Below are positions 1 through 12,395 of a stretch of DNA of 64,000 nt, one piece after another. The stretch spans positions 18,112,001 to 18,176,000 of the forward strand of contig CP068257.2 in NCBI GenBank assembly GCA_009914755.4, given 5' to 3'. Within the stretch, counting starts at the first letter, position 1. Each line of letters begins with the position of its first letter. Source of the stretch: the human T2T-CHM13v2.0 reference genome, Homo sapiens. Under the pieces are notes generated by a model that was not told the origin of the DNA, made no database searches, and was given only the letters and a program-made list of their open reading frames with translations. Both the position numbers and the translations under genes were made by a program.

Positions 1-1831
1 ATAGACTTTGACACACTTCTGGTTCTGAACGTGATGAGCAGGGAATATTACATTATTACACCAATCCTCTCACTGAGAAAAACAATGGCAATAACAATTA
101 AATAATGCTTACAAGATATGCATTTTAACTATAAGCATACCCAGCATTCAAAGTATACTGATGATAAAAAGATTTACCATGTTAGCACAAACTAAAAGAA
201 TAACACAGCTAATGAATATAACATCAAATAAAATACTGGAAAAGACTTATTACTAGACATAAGAATAATATTTTATAATGATAAGTGCTAACATTCAAGA
301 AGAAAAAATATTACATTTTTATATACTCTATACACAAAAAATGATGACTATAATGGAAGTGACAAATCCATAATTATATTGCAGATTTTAAAAACCCCTC
401 TCTTAGTAAATGACAGAAAAATTAAACTATAAAATCAGTAGGGAAATAAGAGAGTTGAAAATACATTTGAAAAACCGAATCGTATTTTCATATATAAAAC
501 ATAAGAGCAACAGTAGAATATTTTATTTTTAATTTCACGTGAAACATTCAACAAAATAGAAAATATCTGACCAAAATTTAAAACCAATACCCACAAGTCA
601 AATCTTAACAAAATTTTAAATAATGACATTATTGAGTGTGTGTTTTCTCTGCACAGTAGAATTAAACTAGAAATAATAAATAATAATAAAACTAAAACCA
701 CATGCCTTTAGACATTTAGGAATACACTTATATATGAATATTATAACCTATGATTTAAAGAAGAAATCTAAATCTAAATTTGAATTTATTTTGGTCATGA
801 GTTATAATGAATATATGATAGAAACTTGTAGATGCAAAACAGCAATTCTTATGGAAAAGCTTCTAACAAAAATGCACTTATTAGAAATAGAGACTGACAA
901 TCAATACCTTAAGGAGTAATACACCCCTCACACCTACACACACAAAAGTAGCAAAAAAGGAAATAATAAAGGTATGAGCAAAAAAACCAATGATTTAGCA
1001 ATAAATCATATAAAAGAGAAACCAAACAAGGCTAAAAGTTGTTTTTTAAAAGATAAATAAAATGCTCATATCTCTAGGAATGTTGTTATACTTAAAAAAT
1101 AAAAGCTATGAGTTATACTTAGTAAAAATGAAGAAAAGAAATTCTTTTATCAGTTAGAACATGAAACGGTTATCAGAGGAAAACAATTTTATGTCAATAA
1201 CTTTTAAGTTATATGAAATAGATCAACTTTTTGAAAAACAGGATTTTCCAAATGAATTCAGGAAGATATAGAAACATAAATAGTCCTATATTCAGAAAAT
1301 TTACTGATTCAATAATTTATACTATTGTCTTAAAAAGTTAATTGTCAGTTGCTATAATACCTTAAGGAAGAACTAATGCCAATGTTATAGAAACTGTTTT
1401 AGAGAATAGAGAAAAGGGAACATTTTCAAGAAATTGTATGAGGCTAGCATATTACTAATACTAAAACCTTACAAAAACAGTAGAAAGTAAACTTATCTCT
1501 TTTATGAATATTATCTTCATGAATATAAATGAATATGAATTCATTCTGTCATGAATATAAAATCAAATATTTTAAGCAAAATGAACAATTGGAAGTCAGT
1601 ATATGTAAGAAGATAATATATAATGGAAAGGTTTACGTTATGGCTAGGTTGAATTTAGCAATTTTTAGCAGAACTACTATACATATTAGCAATATAGAAC
1701 ACAAAATCATCTAATGATTTTTATTAGGTGTGAAATAATGTAAAAAATTTGATAAAATTCAACATCTGTGTATGGAAATTCTCTTAGCACACTAAAATAT
1801 CCTAATTCTTCAATTTGATGAAGAATTTCTA

Positions 1832-2170
<339 letters not shown>

Positions 2171-2349
2171 CTTTATATTGACTAGTACTATATTGAAAGC
2201 TTGTTTTCTGAGACTGAACATGATAAACATATACTGTATCACTGTTTCTATCTAACATAGTCCTGGTAGTTCTAAAAATCAGGCAGGAAAATGATTTTAA
2301 AAAACAAATGAAAAAATAAAACTTAGGCACAAGTGTCATCACTGTTGTC

Positions 2350-2710
2350 TTTATCCAGTCAGGCTGCTATAGCAAAATACATTAATACATTAGACTGGGT
2401 ACTTTGTAAACAACAGAAATTTATTGCTTACAGTTCTGGAAACTGGGAAGTCCAAGATCAAAATGCCAGCCAATTTCCCTGGTGAGGACTTGCTCTGTGC
2501 TTCTTTAATGGCAACTCGTAGCTGTGTCCTCACATGACAGAATGATAATCAAGCTCCCTTGTGCTCTTTTATAAGGGCACTAATTTCATGCATGAGGGTG
2601 GAGCTTTCATGACCTGATTATCTCCCAAAAGCCTCACCTCTTAATACCATTGCATTGAGGATTAGATTTCAATGTATGAATTTGGGGGTGAGGGGTAGAA
2701 ACATTCTGAC
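2350..2710 (-). mobile_element. MaLR LTR, MLT1-type (reverse orientation)
   Basis: Reverse complement of the MLT1 consensus 3' half. Carries ...GCTGCTATAGCAAAATAC...ACAACAGAAATTTATTGCTTACAGTTCTGGAAACTGGGAAGTCCAAGATCAAAATGCCAGC...TTTATAAGGGCACTAAT...CATGAGGGTGGAGC...CATGACCTGATTATCTCCCAAAAGCCTCACCTCTTAATACCATTGCATTGAGGATTAGATTTCAATGTATGAATTTGGGGG. Family assigned from memory of the consensus. Confidence 0.55.
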
Positions 2711-3109
2711 TATGACAATTGTATATGAAGTTTAATTCGACAGGTAAATTAACAGAATTAAGCAGTGAATTTAGTAGGGTTGCTAGGCAAAAGGCCAAAT
2801 ACAAAAATCAAATGATTTTTATTACAGTAATAGCAACTACTAGAAAATGAAATTATGTATAATTTAAAATACCATCAAAAATATCTCACACCAAATCAAA
2901 AACATTGAGAACACCCAAAGCTGTTGAGGATGTGGATCAACAGGAAGACTCACTCATTGCTGCTGGGATTGAAAATGGTGCAGCTACTTTGGAAGACATG
3001 TTGGCAGTTTTCTACAAAATGAAATGCTCTTATGAAATGATCCAACATTTACACCCTTTAATAGCCACTCAAATGGGTTGAAAAGTTACACCCATACAAA
3101 AACTTTTGT

Positions 3110-3260
3110 CAGCGCACTCCTGAAAGCACTTTTTATCATGACATTAATCCATTTATGAGGGTGGATCTCTCATGGCCTAATCACCTCTTAAACATCCCAC
3201 CTGCTAATATACTGTTACAATGGCAATTAAATGTGAACATGAGTTCTGGAGAAAACAAAC
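3110..3260 (-). mobile_element. MaLR (MLT1-like) LTR fragment
   Basis: Contains TTATGAGGGTGGATCTCTCATGGCCTAATCACCTCTTAAACATCCCACCTGCTAATA. This matches the conserved MaLR LTR core seen in the other copies in this window. Confidence 0.4.
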
Positions 3261-3926
3261 ATTCAAACTAGAGGAGTCACCATCTGCGAAAATTGATCCT
3301 GTGCTCATTTCATGACCTCAGCATTTCACTCATAGGTAAATTCTCAACAGAACTAAATAAAAATCTAGAATATGTATTAGAATGTTCACATAAGCTTTAT
3401 TCATAATGACATTAAAATATACTTCCACTTTACCCACTGCAAGCATTTATGTTTTCATAACATTATGCTACAGTAGTACTTAGTAATTTTGAAAATGTTT
3501 TGAAAAATTAGCAAGACTCCTTTCAGTCTAAATCAACTTCAGTCTTTATATTTAATTTACCAGGCATATTAAACAGTGAACACTTACATATAAATAACCC
3601 ATGTCTTTCATGTGGTTTCCTTGGCATTATGTATAAATATTTGATATAACAATACAGAAAAAAATAGAAGTTAAACATGAATCTCTCTTAATTATTTGCA
3701 AAACATTTGATTAGACTTATGGTGATATGAACTGTTAAAAACATCCTTTCTTATGAATAGTCTTGAAGTATTTGAATAGGTCAAAGAGATAATTAATTAA
3801 TGGGCAGAAGAAATATTTGTCTTGAATCTCTAAAACAACAACAAAAAAAAATGTGCTTTCCTTTCTCTTTTAGAAATGTCAGAAATTCCCCTCCTAAAGC
3901 CGACTTTATAATTTAAAGTTTTAATT

Positions 3927-4238
3927 CACTCATGCCTGTAATCCTAGCACTTTGGGAGGCCAAGGCTGGCGAATCATGAGATCAAGAGATTGAGACCATC
4001 CTTGCCAACATGGTGAAACCTCATCTCTACCAAAAATACAAAAATTAGCTGGGCATGGTGGCATGGCGCCTGTAGTCCCAGCTACTCAGGAGCCTGAAGC
4101 AGGAGAATTGCTTGAACCTGGGAAGTAGAGGTTGCAGTGAGCCAAGATCGAGCCATTGAACTCCAGCCCAGGTGACACAGCGAGACTCCGTCTCAAAAAC
4201 AAATAAATAAATAAATAAAATAAATAAAAATTTTTTAA
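3927..4238 (+). mobile_element. Alu SINE (AluY-like), 5'-truncated by ~14 nt, with (AAAT)n-enriched A tail
   Basis: ...TCATGCCTGTAATCCTAGCACTTTGGGAGGCCAAGGCTGGCGAATCATGAGATCAAGAGATTGAGACCATCC... through ...GACTCCGTCTCAAAAACAAATAAATAAATAAATAAAATAAATAAAAA. Perfect 15-bp TSD AAAGTTTTAATTCAC at 3915-3929 and 4239-4253. Confidence 0.9.
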
Positions 4239-7212
4239 AAAGTTTTAATTCACATTTAAAACCGTTTTCTAGAAAGTACAATACTTCCTATTAATCTCAG
4301 TCACTCTCTCTGTCTCTCTTCCTCTTACGCACAAAGTAAAAATAAAATGAGATTTTTCTAAGGTTAGATGGTGAGACCTCTTTCATGTGAAACCCTGATT
4401 TCATGATATGTCTTAAATAATGTGTGAGGCATATTTAATTAAGGGATGGGGGGGCAGCAAGAGATGATGGTGTTGTCTGTTCTTATTTACAGACTACTAT
4501 GAAAAGTGGGACTATGTGTGGCAGATCCTTTAATTTTTCAGTGTCCCGTCTCTAGGCAAACCTGTTTTCAGCATAACAATTTGAGCGTGTGATATCCATT
4601 TTTCTGCTCTCTGCCACAGGTTCTTGTTTAAACAAAGGGAGAAGTGCAGTTAGGAGGTAGAACTGAGTTCATAGCTTACCTCCTTCCCCACAAGAACCAA
4701 ATGAGAATGGGAGCCCAGAGACAAATGTCCCAGATTATCTCCTTTATGCAGACAATTCTGGGAGGCATATGATGCTCAGATTTCCTGGATGAATTGAGTC
4801 CTTAAAACCTGACTGAGAAAATTCAGTCTCACACCTCTTTTTCCACTCTCCTGTATCTGACATTTCTTTTCCACACTCTTATTTGCTGGAGTTCCAGTCT
4901 TTCCCCCTCACTCTACCACACATACTCCCTGTACCCTAGTCTTGTTTCATAATGTGATTTTTGAGGTAACATAAAATTAAAAAGCTGCTTTGAAATAACG
5001 CAAAAAGAAGTGTCATTTGATTTAATGTGTAAAAAGCATAGGAAAGCTGAAAGTTACTGAGAGGTTTATATTTTAGGATAGCATAGAAATAATCATAGCG
5101 TTATAGCTAGGAACAAAAGTGTATCTATCCTCTTTCCTTCAATACATTAGTGAAAATATAGGTTATATACCATTTGCAAATTGCAGATAGTCAAATGCAA
5201 AGCTGGAGAGTAAAATCTTCTTAGAGATGAAGTTAGAACTCAGAAATCTTTAAACTTGTCTAGTTAGAGAGAAATACTTATTTCCTGTAACTACTTTGTT
5301 TAAAGCTTTTATATATGATGTCATTTAGTTGGAGGACAAAACAATAGTGTTACAACAGAATTCTTAATGTTTTAGTGCCATTTACAATGAAATGTCACAA
5401 TCTGAAACTTACTTTGATTCATAAGCAGTTCTCAAGCTTTATTTTTCAACAAGTTCCTTCCACTTATCTCTTGTGTTTCTCTGTAATGTTGATGTGCAAT
5501 GTATGTGTATCAAGCAAAGAGTATAAAAATAAAATCTTTTGGGTAAAAATTTCTCACAATATACTTTCCAATATATTATGTTCACAAGTAGTTTGTTATA
5601 AGATTCTTTCTTTTTTTTCCTGTTGCATAAAGCAGAAAATATTGTATAAAAAGCAGTGAACTATCATTTACATTTTTCTCCAAATTACAATATTTAGAGA
5701 GCCTTAGGAACTTTAATGGTACTGCTTACCTGATGTGCTCATAGTAATCTGTTTATTATAGTGTTGCTTAAACTACTGCTGATTTACATGTTAACAGGCA
5801 TATTATTTAATCAATGACATCAAACTCTGGTATTGAGAGTATAACTGTACTTCTTCATAAACTGGTGGATTGCAGAGCTGTGTTAAGTAAAACAAATAAC
5901 AATTTATGTCTCTTGTTAGAACATATTCTGCTGCTTATTTTCTTTTAAAGTCTTTTATGTGGAATCAATGTCAGGAGAGCATTTTATACTAATTTTTGTT
6001 TTTACTCTTTAAAGTACGTTAATGGCATCTTCTGGTTTCCCTATTGAGTTTCCTAAAATGGAAATTTGACAGCTAAGTATAATATACAGTTCATTAAATT
6101 TGAAAATAAAGTGAATCTCTGCATATTTATAGTACAATAATGGATTCATTCTGATAATTGCTAAGGTGTTTTGAGCCAAAAGTATGTGAAATATTCAGAA
6201 AGTTTGGAAATATATGGCATAAATATTTGTTTTTGAGGATGTATAAATCCAAAACTAAGATGGATCTGGTGTATGAATGCATGTTGAATCTGTTGAGTAA
6301 AGGTTTTTGGAGATGAGCAATTTCCTTCTGCAAGGTAAATGCAAATTTTTCAAGACAGCAGAGTGTTGTGTGCAAAGGCAGAAAAGATATTAACTAAATT
6401 ACCTGCTGTCCTGGAGACATTAATTTGCTTCATCGAGAAAGGTATTCTCAGAGTATTTTACTGATTCAGATTCATGATGGGGTCGAATGCATATCTTCCT
6501 GCTTAACAGTCAACCCTACATTAAACTATTTATGAAGGATAAAAGTAAATTGATCATGTATTTCTCAAGTTCTTTTGAAGGTAGCAAATAGATTAAACAG
6601 GATGTGGAAGAGTTTAGACTTCAGATAATCCTGGCTTTCTGTTATATTAATTAATGTTACATGCTTGTTAGTATATAAGTGTCTAATTTCAGTCAAAATC
6701 TCTATTTAGCTTAATAACATTTCCAGTTCCTGGATATTTAATGGCTGACATTGAAAATAAGCATGTAATGCCTGTGTCTTCCTAACCATGTAGAATGAAG
6801 ATTATAGTGGCTATTGTTATTTTTATTATTATTACATAGCATATTCAGTTGTGTGGTGTGACATCTATTAATTGAAAAAAAAACACAAGTAAGGACATTG
6901 CAATAATAAATATTAAGAAAGCTTAATTTCAACCAAAAACTTAGATGTTAATTCTGTGAGCATAATTTTTGGCAAAAAAAGAAGTAAGCAAGTTATATTT
7001 TTTTCTCTATTCTTTACCATTGATTATAGCAAAGTTTTATTAACTCACCACACAACAAATACAAAGGGAAAAGATAGAAGAGGAAAAAAAGGAATGCCTT
7101 CAACTACTCAGCGATTGAGTACATTATCAACCCTCTCACCTTGCTTGCTCTTATTAGAAAGAAAAGATACGTTAAGACTAGTTCAATTTTCTCTACAAAT
7201 CAGATTCAGTTT

Positions 7213-7252
7213 ACACACACACACACACACGCACACACACACAATACACACA
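7213..7252. repeat. (CA)n microsatellite
   Basis: ACACACACACACACACGCACACACACACAATACACACA. Accounts for the HTHTHT stretch in ORFs 6956..7315 and 7141..7356. Confidence 0.9.
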
Positions 7253-7508
7253 TATGTCCTAAATTTTCCAGGATTTTTTGCTACATTAAAGATTATAAGT
7301 ATAATTATTTTATAGGCTTATTATATTATTATTACCTTATTTTTTCATTCGAATAATGATTTTAGAGCACATACACATATATAAATGTATACCTACTGAC
7401 ATAGTTCTACATGTGAATATATTGAAGATATACCTACCATGCTTAATAGAGAAAGCATTCGAGTTGGTGAGTTAATTATTTGTAATTTTGCCACAAAATT
7501 TCAGACAT

Positions 7509-8543
7509 ATTTATTTTTCTTTTTGTCTTTGAGGAGACAAACCCATTTTATTGTCTATCGTGTTATATAAAAATCTAGAAAGAATAGATTTGTACAGAAA
7601 AAACAAATGATAATAAATGGGAGCACAAAAGAAAGAATTTAAATTTGCTATTTTTCCCAGTGGTATTAAGATGACAATCATTTTAAAGCACATGTGTCTG
7701 GCTTCAGGGTAGGATTTGTTCATCGGCCAAAGCCTGCCATAAAACTATGGCTTTCAGTGTCTGTCCGTTCTACTGGCTCTTGACAGAACTTCTGAGGTCT
7801 TCAAGAAAAGTCATGTACTCCTGCTCCTCCAGGGCTGTGCTGAGCTCCATTAGCTTATGGGCAAAAGGGTTGGCCACCCCTCCATTCACAAGGAAATCCA
7901 CTAGGTGGTCATATAAGGCCGAGTCCCGGAAATCTGTGTTGAGTATAAAATTAGTGTCCTTTCATTGAGACTCCCCATTGGACTGAAAGTTACTTCCCTG
8001 ATAGAGAAAAGGTCACTCTCAACCTCCTCTTCTGGCCCACCCTCATCCTCTGGGTAGTGACAGTCCAGCACAAGGGCCTTCTTGCCACCACTCTTCAAAA
8101 CTTGGACCACGAAATTGGGAGGTGATGTCAATTCAGGCTCCTGTTCTCCAACTTGCTGCCCTTTCGAGGGTTCCTCCTTGCCATCAAGTGTCGGTGGGAT
8201 GCTGTTGTTAATGTTGAAAGTGACAGCGATCTTTCCCCGGCAGCTTTTCCCACTAATTTAGCTTCTGTCCCATTTAACTGCCGCTCCCATCCTCCAGACA
8301 TCTTAGGGAGGGTTTTATGCTTCTGGATTTTCCTCTCCTCCTCAATTTCACCATTCAGGATATCAACAGTCTCCTTCGGTGTGCAGCGCGCCACAGCCAC
8401 TGGGGCAGGACCTGCGAGGCCGCAGGAGGCCAAGCCATCTCTGGGACCCCGGGGACCCGGTGCGCACGCTGAGCAGCACCAAGGACGGGGCGCACGGCCG
8501 GGGCTACGGCTGCAGGAGCTGCCGGAAGGGCGCGGCAGGGGGT
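7509..8543 (-). pseudogene. C1QBP: Processed (retrotransposed) pseudogene of C1QBP (complement C1q-binding protein / p32 / gC1qR / HABP1), 5'-truncated and disrupted
   Basis: The minus-strand translation aligns colinearly and without introns to human C1QBP. Matching segments include ...FRQLLQP..LLSVR.GS....GLLRPR..C..GCG.LHT.GD, ...EIEEERKIQKHKTLPKMSGGWE.QLNGTEAKLV.K.AGE, ...VTFNINNSIPPTLDGKEEPSKGQQVGEQEPELTSPPNFVVQVLKSGGKKALVLDCHYPEDEGGPEEEVESDLFSIREVTFS and ...ALYDHLVDFLVNGGVANPFAHKLMELSTALEEQEYMTFLEDLRSSVKSQ*. The stop codon falls at 7770-7772. A 3'UTR-like stretch follows, with AATAAA (7548-7553 on the plus strand) and a degenerate poly(A) (7521-7530). Several frameshifts and stops split it into ORFs 7901..8131(-) and 8128..8433(-). 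The first ~25 codons and the 5'UTR are absent. Candidate 10-bp TSD TTATTTTTCT at 7511-7520 and 8543-8552. Confidence 0.85.
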
Positions 8544-9625
8544 TATTTTTCTATTTCATTTTGATTATGACTATAAAATACAAAATCAATGCATTCTTAA
8601 AAAGTGCTATAATGTAAAAATTATAAATATACAAAACACGAAGAATCAGCATGTAGTTTGTATTTAGAATTATTATGCAGTTAATATTAGCAGTGTTAAA
8701 CATGAATTTAATAGAAATGAGCATAATTCAGTTTATTGTGATATAATCTGTTTAGGTGAATCATAGTCTTCACATTTGTAGATTAGCTATTTTTGAAATG
8801 TATAAGATAGCACAAAGTATGTGATGGCATAAGAGTAGATGCATGTTGAATCTTCCATGCTCACCTTTGGTGTCAGGGAATTATTTATTCTACATTACAT
8901 ATGTATAAGTACCAGTTAATAAATTTAATCATGTTAATGTTGAACACAGAATTTTATGCAAGGAATGCCCTCCACCCATTAACTTCCTGAGTCCTAAACT
9001 GTTGAGTGTACAACCACTGTGAAAATAATATAATGATGAAGACCTGCTAAGTACATCTCTCTAGAGCAGCATTTTAAATATGGCACTGCTTGGTCAGCTC
9101 ACTATAAAAAGAAGTATCAAGACTAGGTTTGAGAGTTAAGATCCCTTAGGGCCAGGCATCCATTCTATAAGACAGGCAGAGGTGCATTTCTTATCTCTTC
9201 AATGATAATAAAAGCTTTTTATGTACTAGTATCTATGGTTCCAGCATCACAACCACTCACTAAGAAATTCTCCAGTGGTTCTTACAGGATCCAAATCAAT
9301 TAGTGTGGCAGTTTCTCCCTTCATGTTACCATTTGCACTAGTGTCGTTAAGGCCCCTACTCTTACAGGGTGGTTTACAAGAATCCAGATCTGTTAAATTG
9401 GCAAGTTGTGTAGAGAATAGGACTTTGGGATAGATGGGGAATGTGATTCCAAATTCCATCTAGGTCTCCTGTAATGTGATTCTCCAGATTGGCCTTCTCT
9501 TCTCTTTATGCAATTGCTCCTCATTCCTCTTGCTTTTCTTCCCCATACCCAGTCCTCTCTATTTTTGTTATATTAGAAACAGGTTCTAAGCACAAACACT
9601 CTCTAGCAGTGATTCTTTTGATCTC

Positions 9626-9716
9626 TGTGTGTGTGTGTGTGTATACAAATTCTTAAGTTTATATATATACGTGTGTATATATATACCACATATATATAAG
9701 TATATGTGGTATATGT
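9626..9716. repeat. (GT)n followed by (TA)n/(TATG)n-rich simple repeat
   Basis: TGTGTGTGTGTGTGTGTATAC...ATATATATACGTGTGTATATATATACCACATATATATAAGTATATGTGGTATATG. Confidence 0.8.
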
Positions 9717-10020
9717 TTGTATTCTATCAGAAAGACTTCCACATATAAGGCGAAGGAAATAGAGAGCAACCAGACTAATACTCGAACGTGTGGCACACCC
9801 TAGAAATTACTAAATCAGTTATTAAAAATATAGTTAACTTCATTTTCAGCTACATAATAAGGAGCAATAAAGTGCAAAATGACAGTACAGTTTCATAGTG
9901 CTTCATTAGTGATCATCTCAGTCCCTATTTCTAACTAGATAATTTTTGTATGGAACTTTTACTCTGCATCATTATTTGATTTTGTCACTGTATTAGCCAG
10001 AGAACCACAGAACCAATGGA

Positions 10021-10091
10021 TGTGTGTGTGTATGTGTGTGTGTGTATGTGTGTGTGTGTGTGTGTGTATGTGTGTGTGCGCGCGTGTGTGT
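10021..10091. repeat. (GT)n microsatellite, interrupted (TGTA/GC)
   Basis: TGTGTGTGTGTATGTGTGTGTGTGTATGTG...TGTGTGTGCGCGCGTGTGTGTAG. Confidence 0.9.
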
Positions 10092-10099
10092 AGATATAT

Positions 10100-10450
10100 T
10101 GTCTTAAGCAGTTTGGGATAAAATGCCATATACTGGTTGGCTTATAAACAACAGAAATGTATTTCTTAAGAGTTCTGGAGGCTGGACGTCTGACATCAGG
10201 GTATCAGCACGCTCGAGTTCTGGTGAGAGCTCTCTTCCAAGTTGCAGACTGCTAACTTCTCATTATATCCTCACATAGTGGAAAAAAGCGCTCTGTGGTC
10301 TCTTTTATAAGGGCATTAAACCCATTCACAAGGGCTGTGCCCTCATGACCTAATCATGTTACAAATGCCCCACCTCTAAATATCATCACGTTGGGGTCAG
10401 AATTTCAACATACACATTTTGAGTGAACACAAACATTCAGTTCATTGCAT
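10100..10450 (-). mobile_element. MaLR LTR, MLT1-type (reverse orientation)
   Basis: TGTCTTAAGCAGTTTGGGATAAAATGCCATATACTGGTTGGCTTATAAACAACAGAAATGTATTTCTTAAGAGTTCTGGAGGCTGGA...TTTATAAGGGCATTAAACCCATTCACAAGGGCTGTGCCCTCATGACCTAATCATGTTACAAATGCCCCACCTCTAAATATCATCACGTTGGGGTCAGAATTTCAACATACACATTTTGAG. Same family as 2350..2710. Confidence 0.55.
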
Positions 10451-10606
10451 ATAGATATGAAATTTTTCTTCATTACATGTGTATGTGCATGTATGTATAG
10501 ACACACACACGCATGCCCACATGCACACACATGTACACCCATATATGTGTGAGGAAGGAAGAGAGAGAAGCAGGAAGATTTTTGTTAATGTTTTGTTAAC
10601 ATTTAT

Positions 10607-10845
10607 TTTAAGTTCAGGGGTACATGTGCAGTTTGTTATGTAGATAAATCCATGTCTTGGGGGTTTGCTGGACAGATTATTTTGGCAGCCAGGTATTATG
10701 CTTAGTACCCATTAGTTATTTTTCCTGTTCCTCTCTTTCCTCCCACTCTCCACCTCCGGTAGGTCCCAGTGTGTGTTGCTGCCCTCTATGTATCCATGTG
10801 TTCTCATTATTTAGCTCCCACTTACAAATGAGCACATGGAAATTC
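10607..10845 (-). mobile_element. L1 (older L1PB/L1M-like) 3'-end fragment, reverse orientation
   Basis: TTTTAAGTTCAGGGGTACATGTGCAG...CCCATTAGTTATTTTTCCTGTTCCTCTCTTTCCTCCCACTCTCCACC...TGTATCCATGTGTTCTCATTATTTAGCTCCCACTTACAAATGAGCACATGG. This is the reverse complement of the L1 3'UTR/ORF2 end. Confidence 0.7.
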
Positions 10846-11525
10846 TACCAGATGCACATCCAAATTCTACAAGATATTTCTTTTAAGAAAGTGGCTCACA
10901 GAACTGGGGAGACCGGTAAAGTCCAAAATTGGCAGGGCAGGCCAGTAGGCTGGAGATGCCAGGAGGAGTTACTGTTGCAGCTCATGTAGGAAGACAATCT
11001 GGAGACAAAGTTTCCTCTTTCTCTGGGGCTCTCAATCTGTTTTCTCTCGAGGTCTTCAACTGAACGGTTGATGCCCACTCACATTATGGAAGGCAGCTTG
11101 CTTTATTAGAAGTCTACTGATTTAAATGTTGGCCTTATCTAAAAACTGCCTTTACAGAAGTATTCACATTGTTGGACCAAAGATTTGGGTACTGTGACCT
11201 AGTCAAGTTGTCACCTAAAATGAACCATCATGTCACCTGCAATCTCATTTAAAATGCATGTCTATATATCACGATTTTTCATTTTGCTGTTTACATTCCC
11301 TCACTATCAACTTAATATTTCTACCTCTAGCCATGTCTGTTTCTATTTTCACAGAATTTAAGATTTTCTTATCAAATGCAATCTTGGTATATTTCTGTTG
11401 TCTCTGCTGATTTTCATCAAAATTGGATTTCTTTATTGTTACTTCTTTTTGACATTCTGAACGTTGCCTTTCTCTTCTGTATATTTTTTACTCACTTGTT
11501 GTGAGTCTGCAAGGTTATTTTATAG

Positions 11526-11891
<366 letters not shown>

Positions 11892-12051
11892 AAAAGTTTC
11901 CATCATTTCACAGATTAAATTGTATGTGTGTGTGTTAATTATTATATATTCCCGCAACTCAACATTTCTGACTAGTTTTTAATAATCCTGTTTATAATTT
12001 TATATACATTAACAGCATCAATTTTAATTGATGACTGTTATAGACAAAATG

Positions 12052-12395
12052 TTTATGTCCAACCCCCAAATTCATGTGCTGAAATCCTAACCCTAAGGAG
12101 ATGGGCCTTAGGGCCTTCTTCAGGTGATTAGGTCATGAGGGTGAAACCCTCCTGAATGGGATTAGTAACCTTATAAAAACAGTCCAGGAGACCTTGGACT
12201 TGCCCCTTGCCCCTTCCACCATGTGGGGACATTGAGGAGATAGCCATCTGTGAACCAGGGAGGGGACCCTAACCAGAAACTAAATTTGCCAGTCCCATGG
12301 TCTTGAACTTCCCAGCCTCCAAAACTGTGAGAAATAAATTTCTGCTGTTTATAATCTTTTTTATAGCTTATAGCTGCCTGAACAGACTAGGATAA
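12052..12395 (+). mobile_element. MaLR LTR, MLT1-type (forward orientation)
   Basis: TGTCCAACCCCCAAATTCATGTGCTGAAATCCTAACCCTAAGGAGATGGGCCTTAGGGCCTTCTTCAGGTGATTAGGTCATGAGGGTGAAACCCTCCTGAATGGGATTAGTAACCTTATAAAAAC...CTTGAACTTCCCAGCCTCCAAAACTGTGAGAAATAAATTTCTGCTGTTTATAA. Matches the MLT1 consensus architecture (TGTTGGACTGAATTGTGTCCCCCAAAATTCATATGTTGAAG...). Confidence 0.55.

Noticed and set aside
6956-7356. 119-aa and 71-aa ORFs with HTHTHTHT repeats
   Set aside because: They read through the (CA)n microsatellite at 7213-7252. This is a dinucleotide-repeat artefact.
8153-8617. 154-aa plus-strand ORF (longest non-L1 ORF in the window)
   Set aside because: It lies exactly antisense to the GC-rich 5' part of the C1QBP processed pseudogene. 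The openness is a by-product of GC-rich, stop-poor sequence, and the translation (Pro/Gly/Arg-rich) has no recognisable fold or family.
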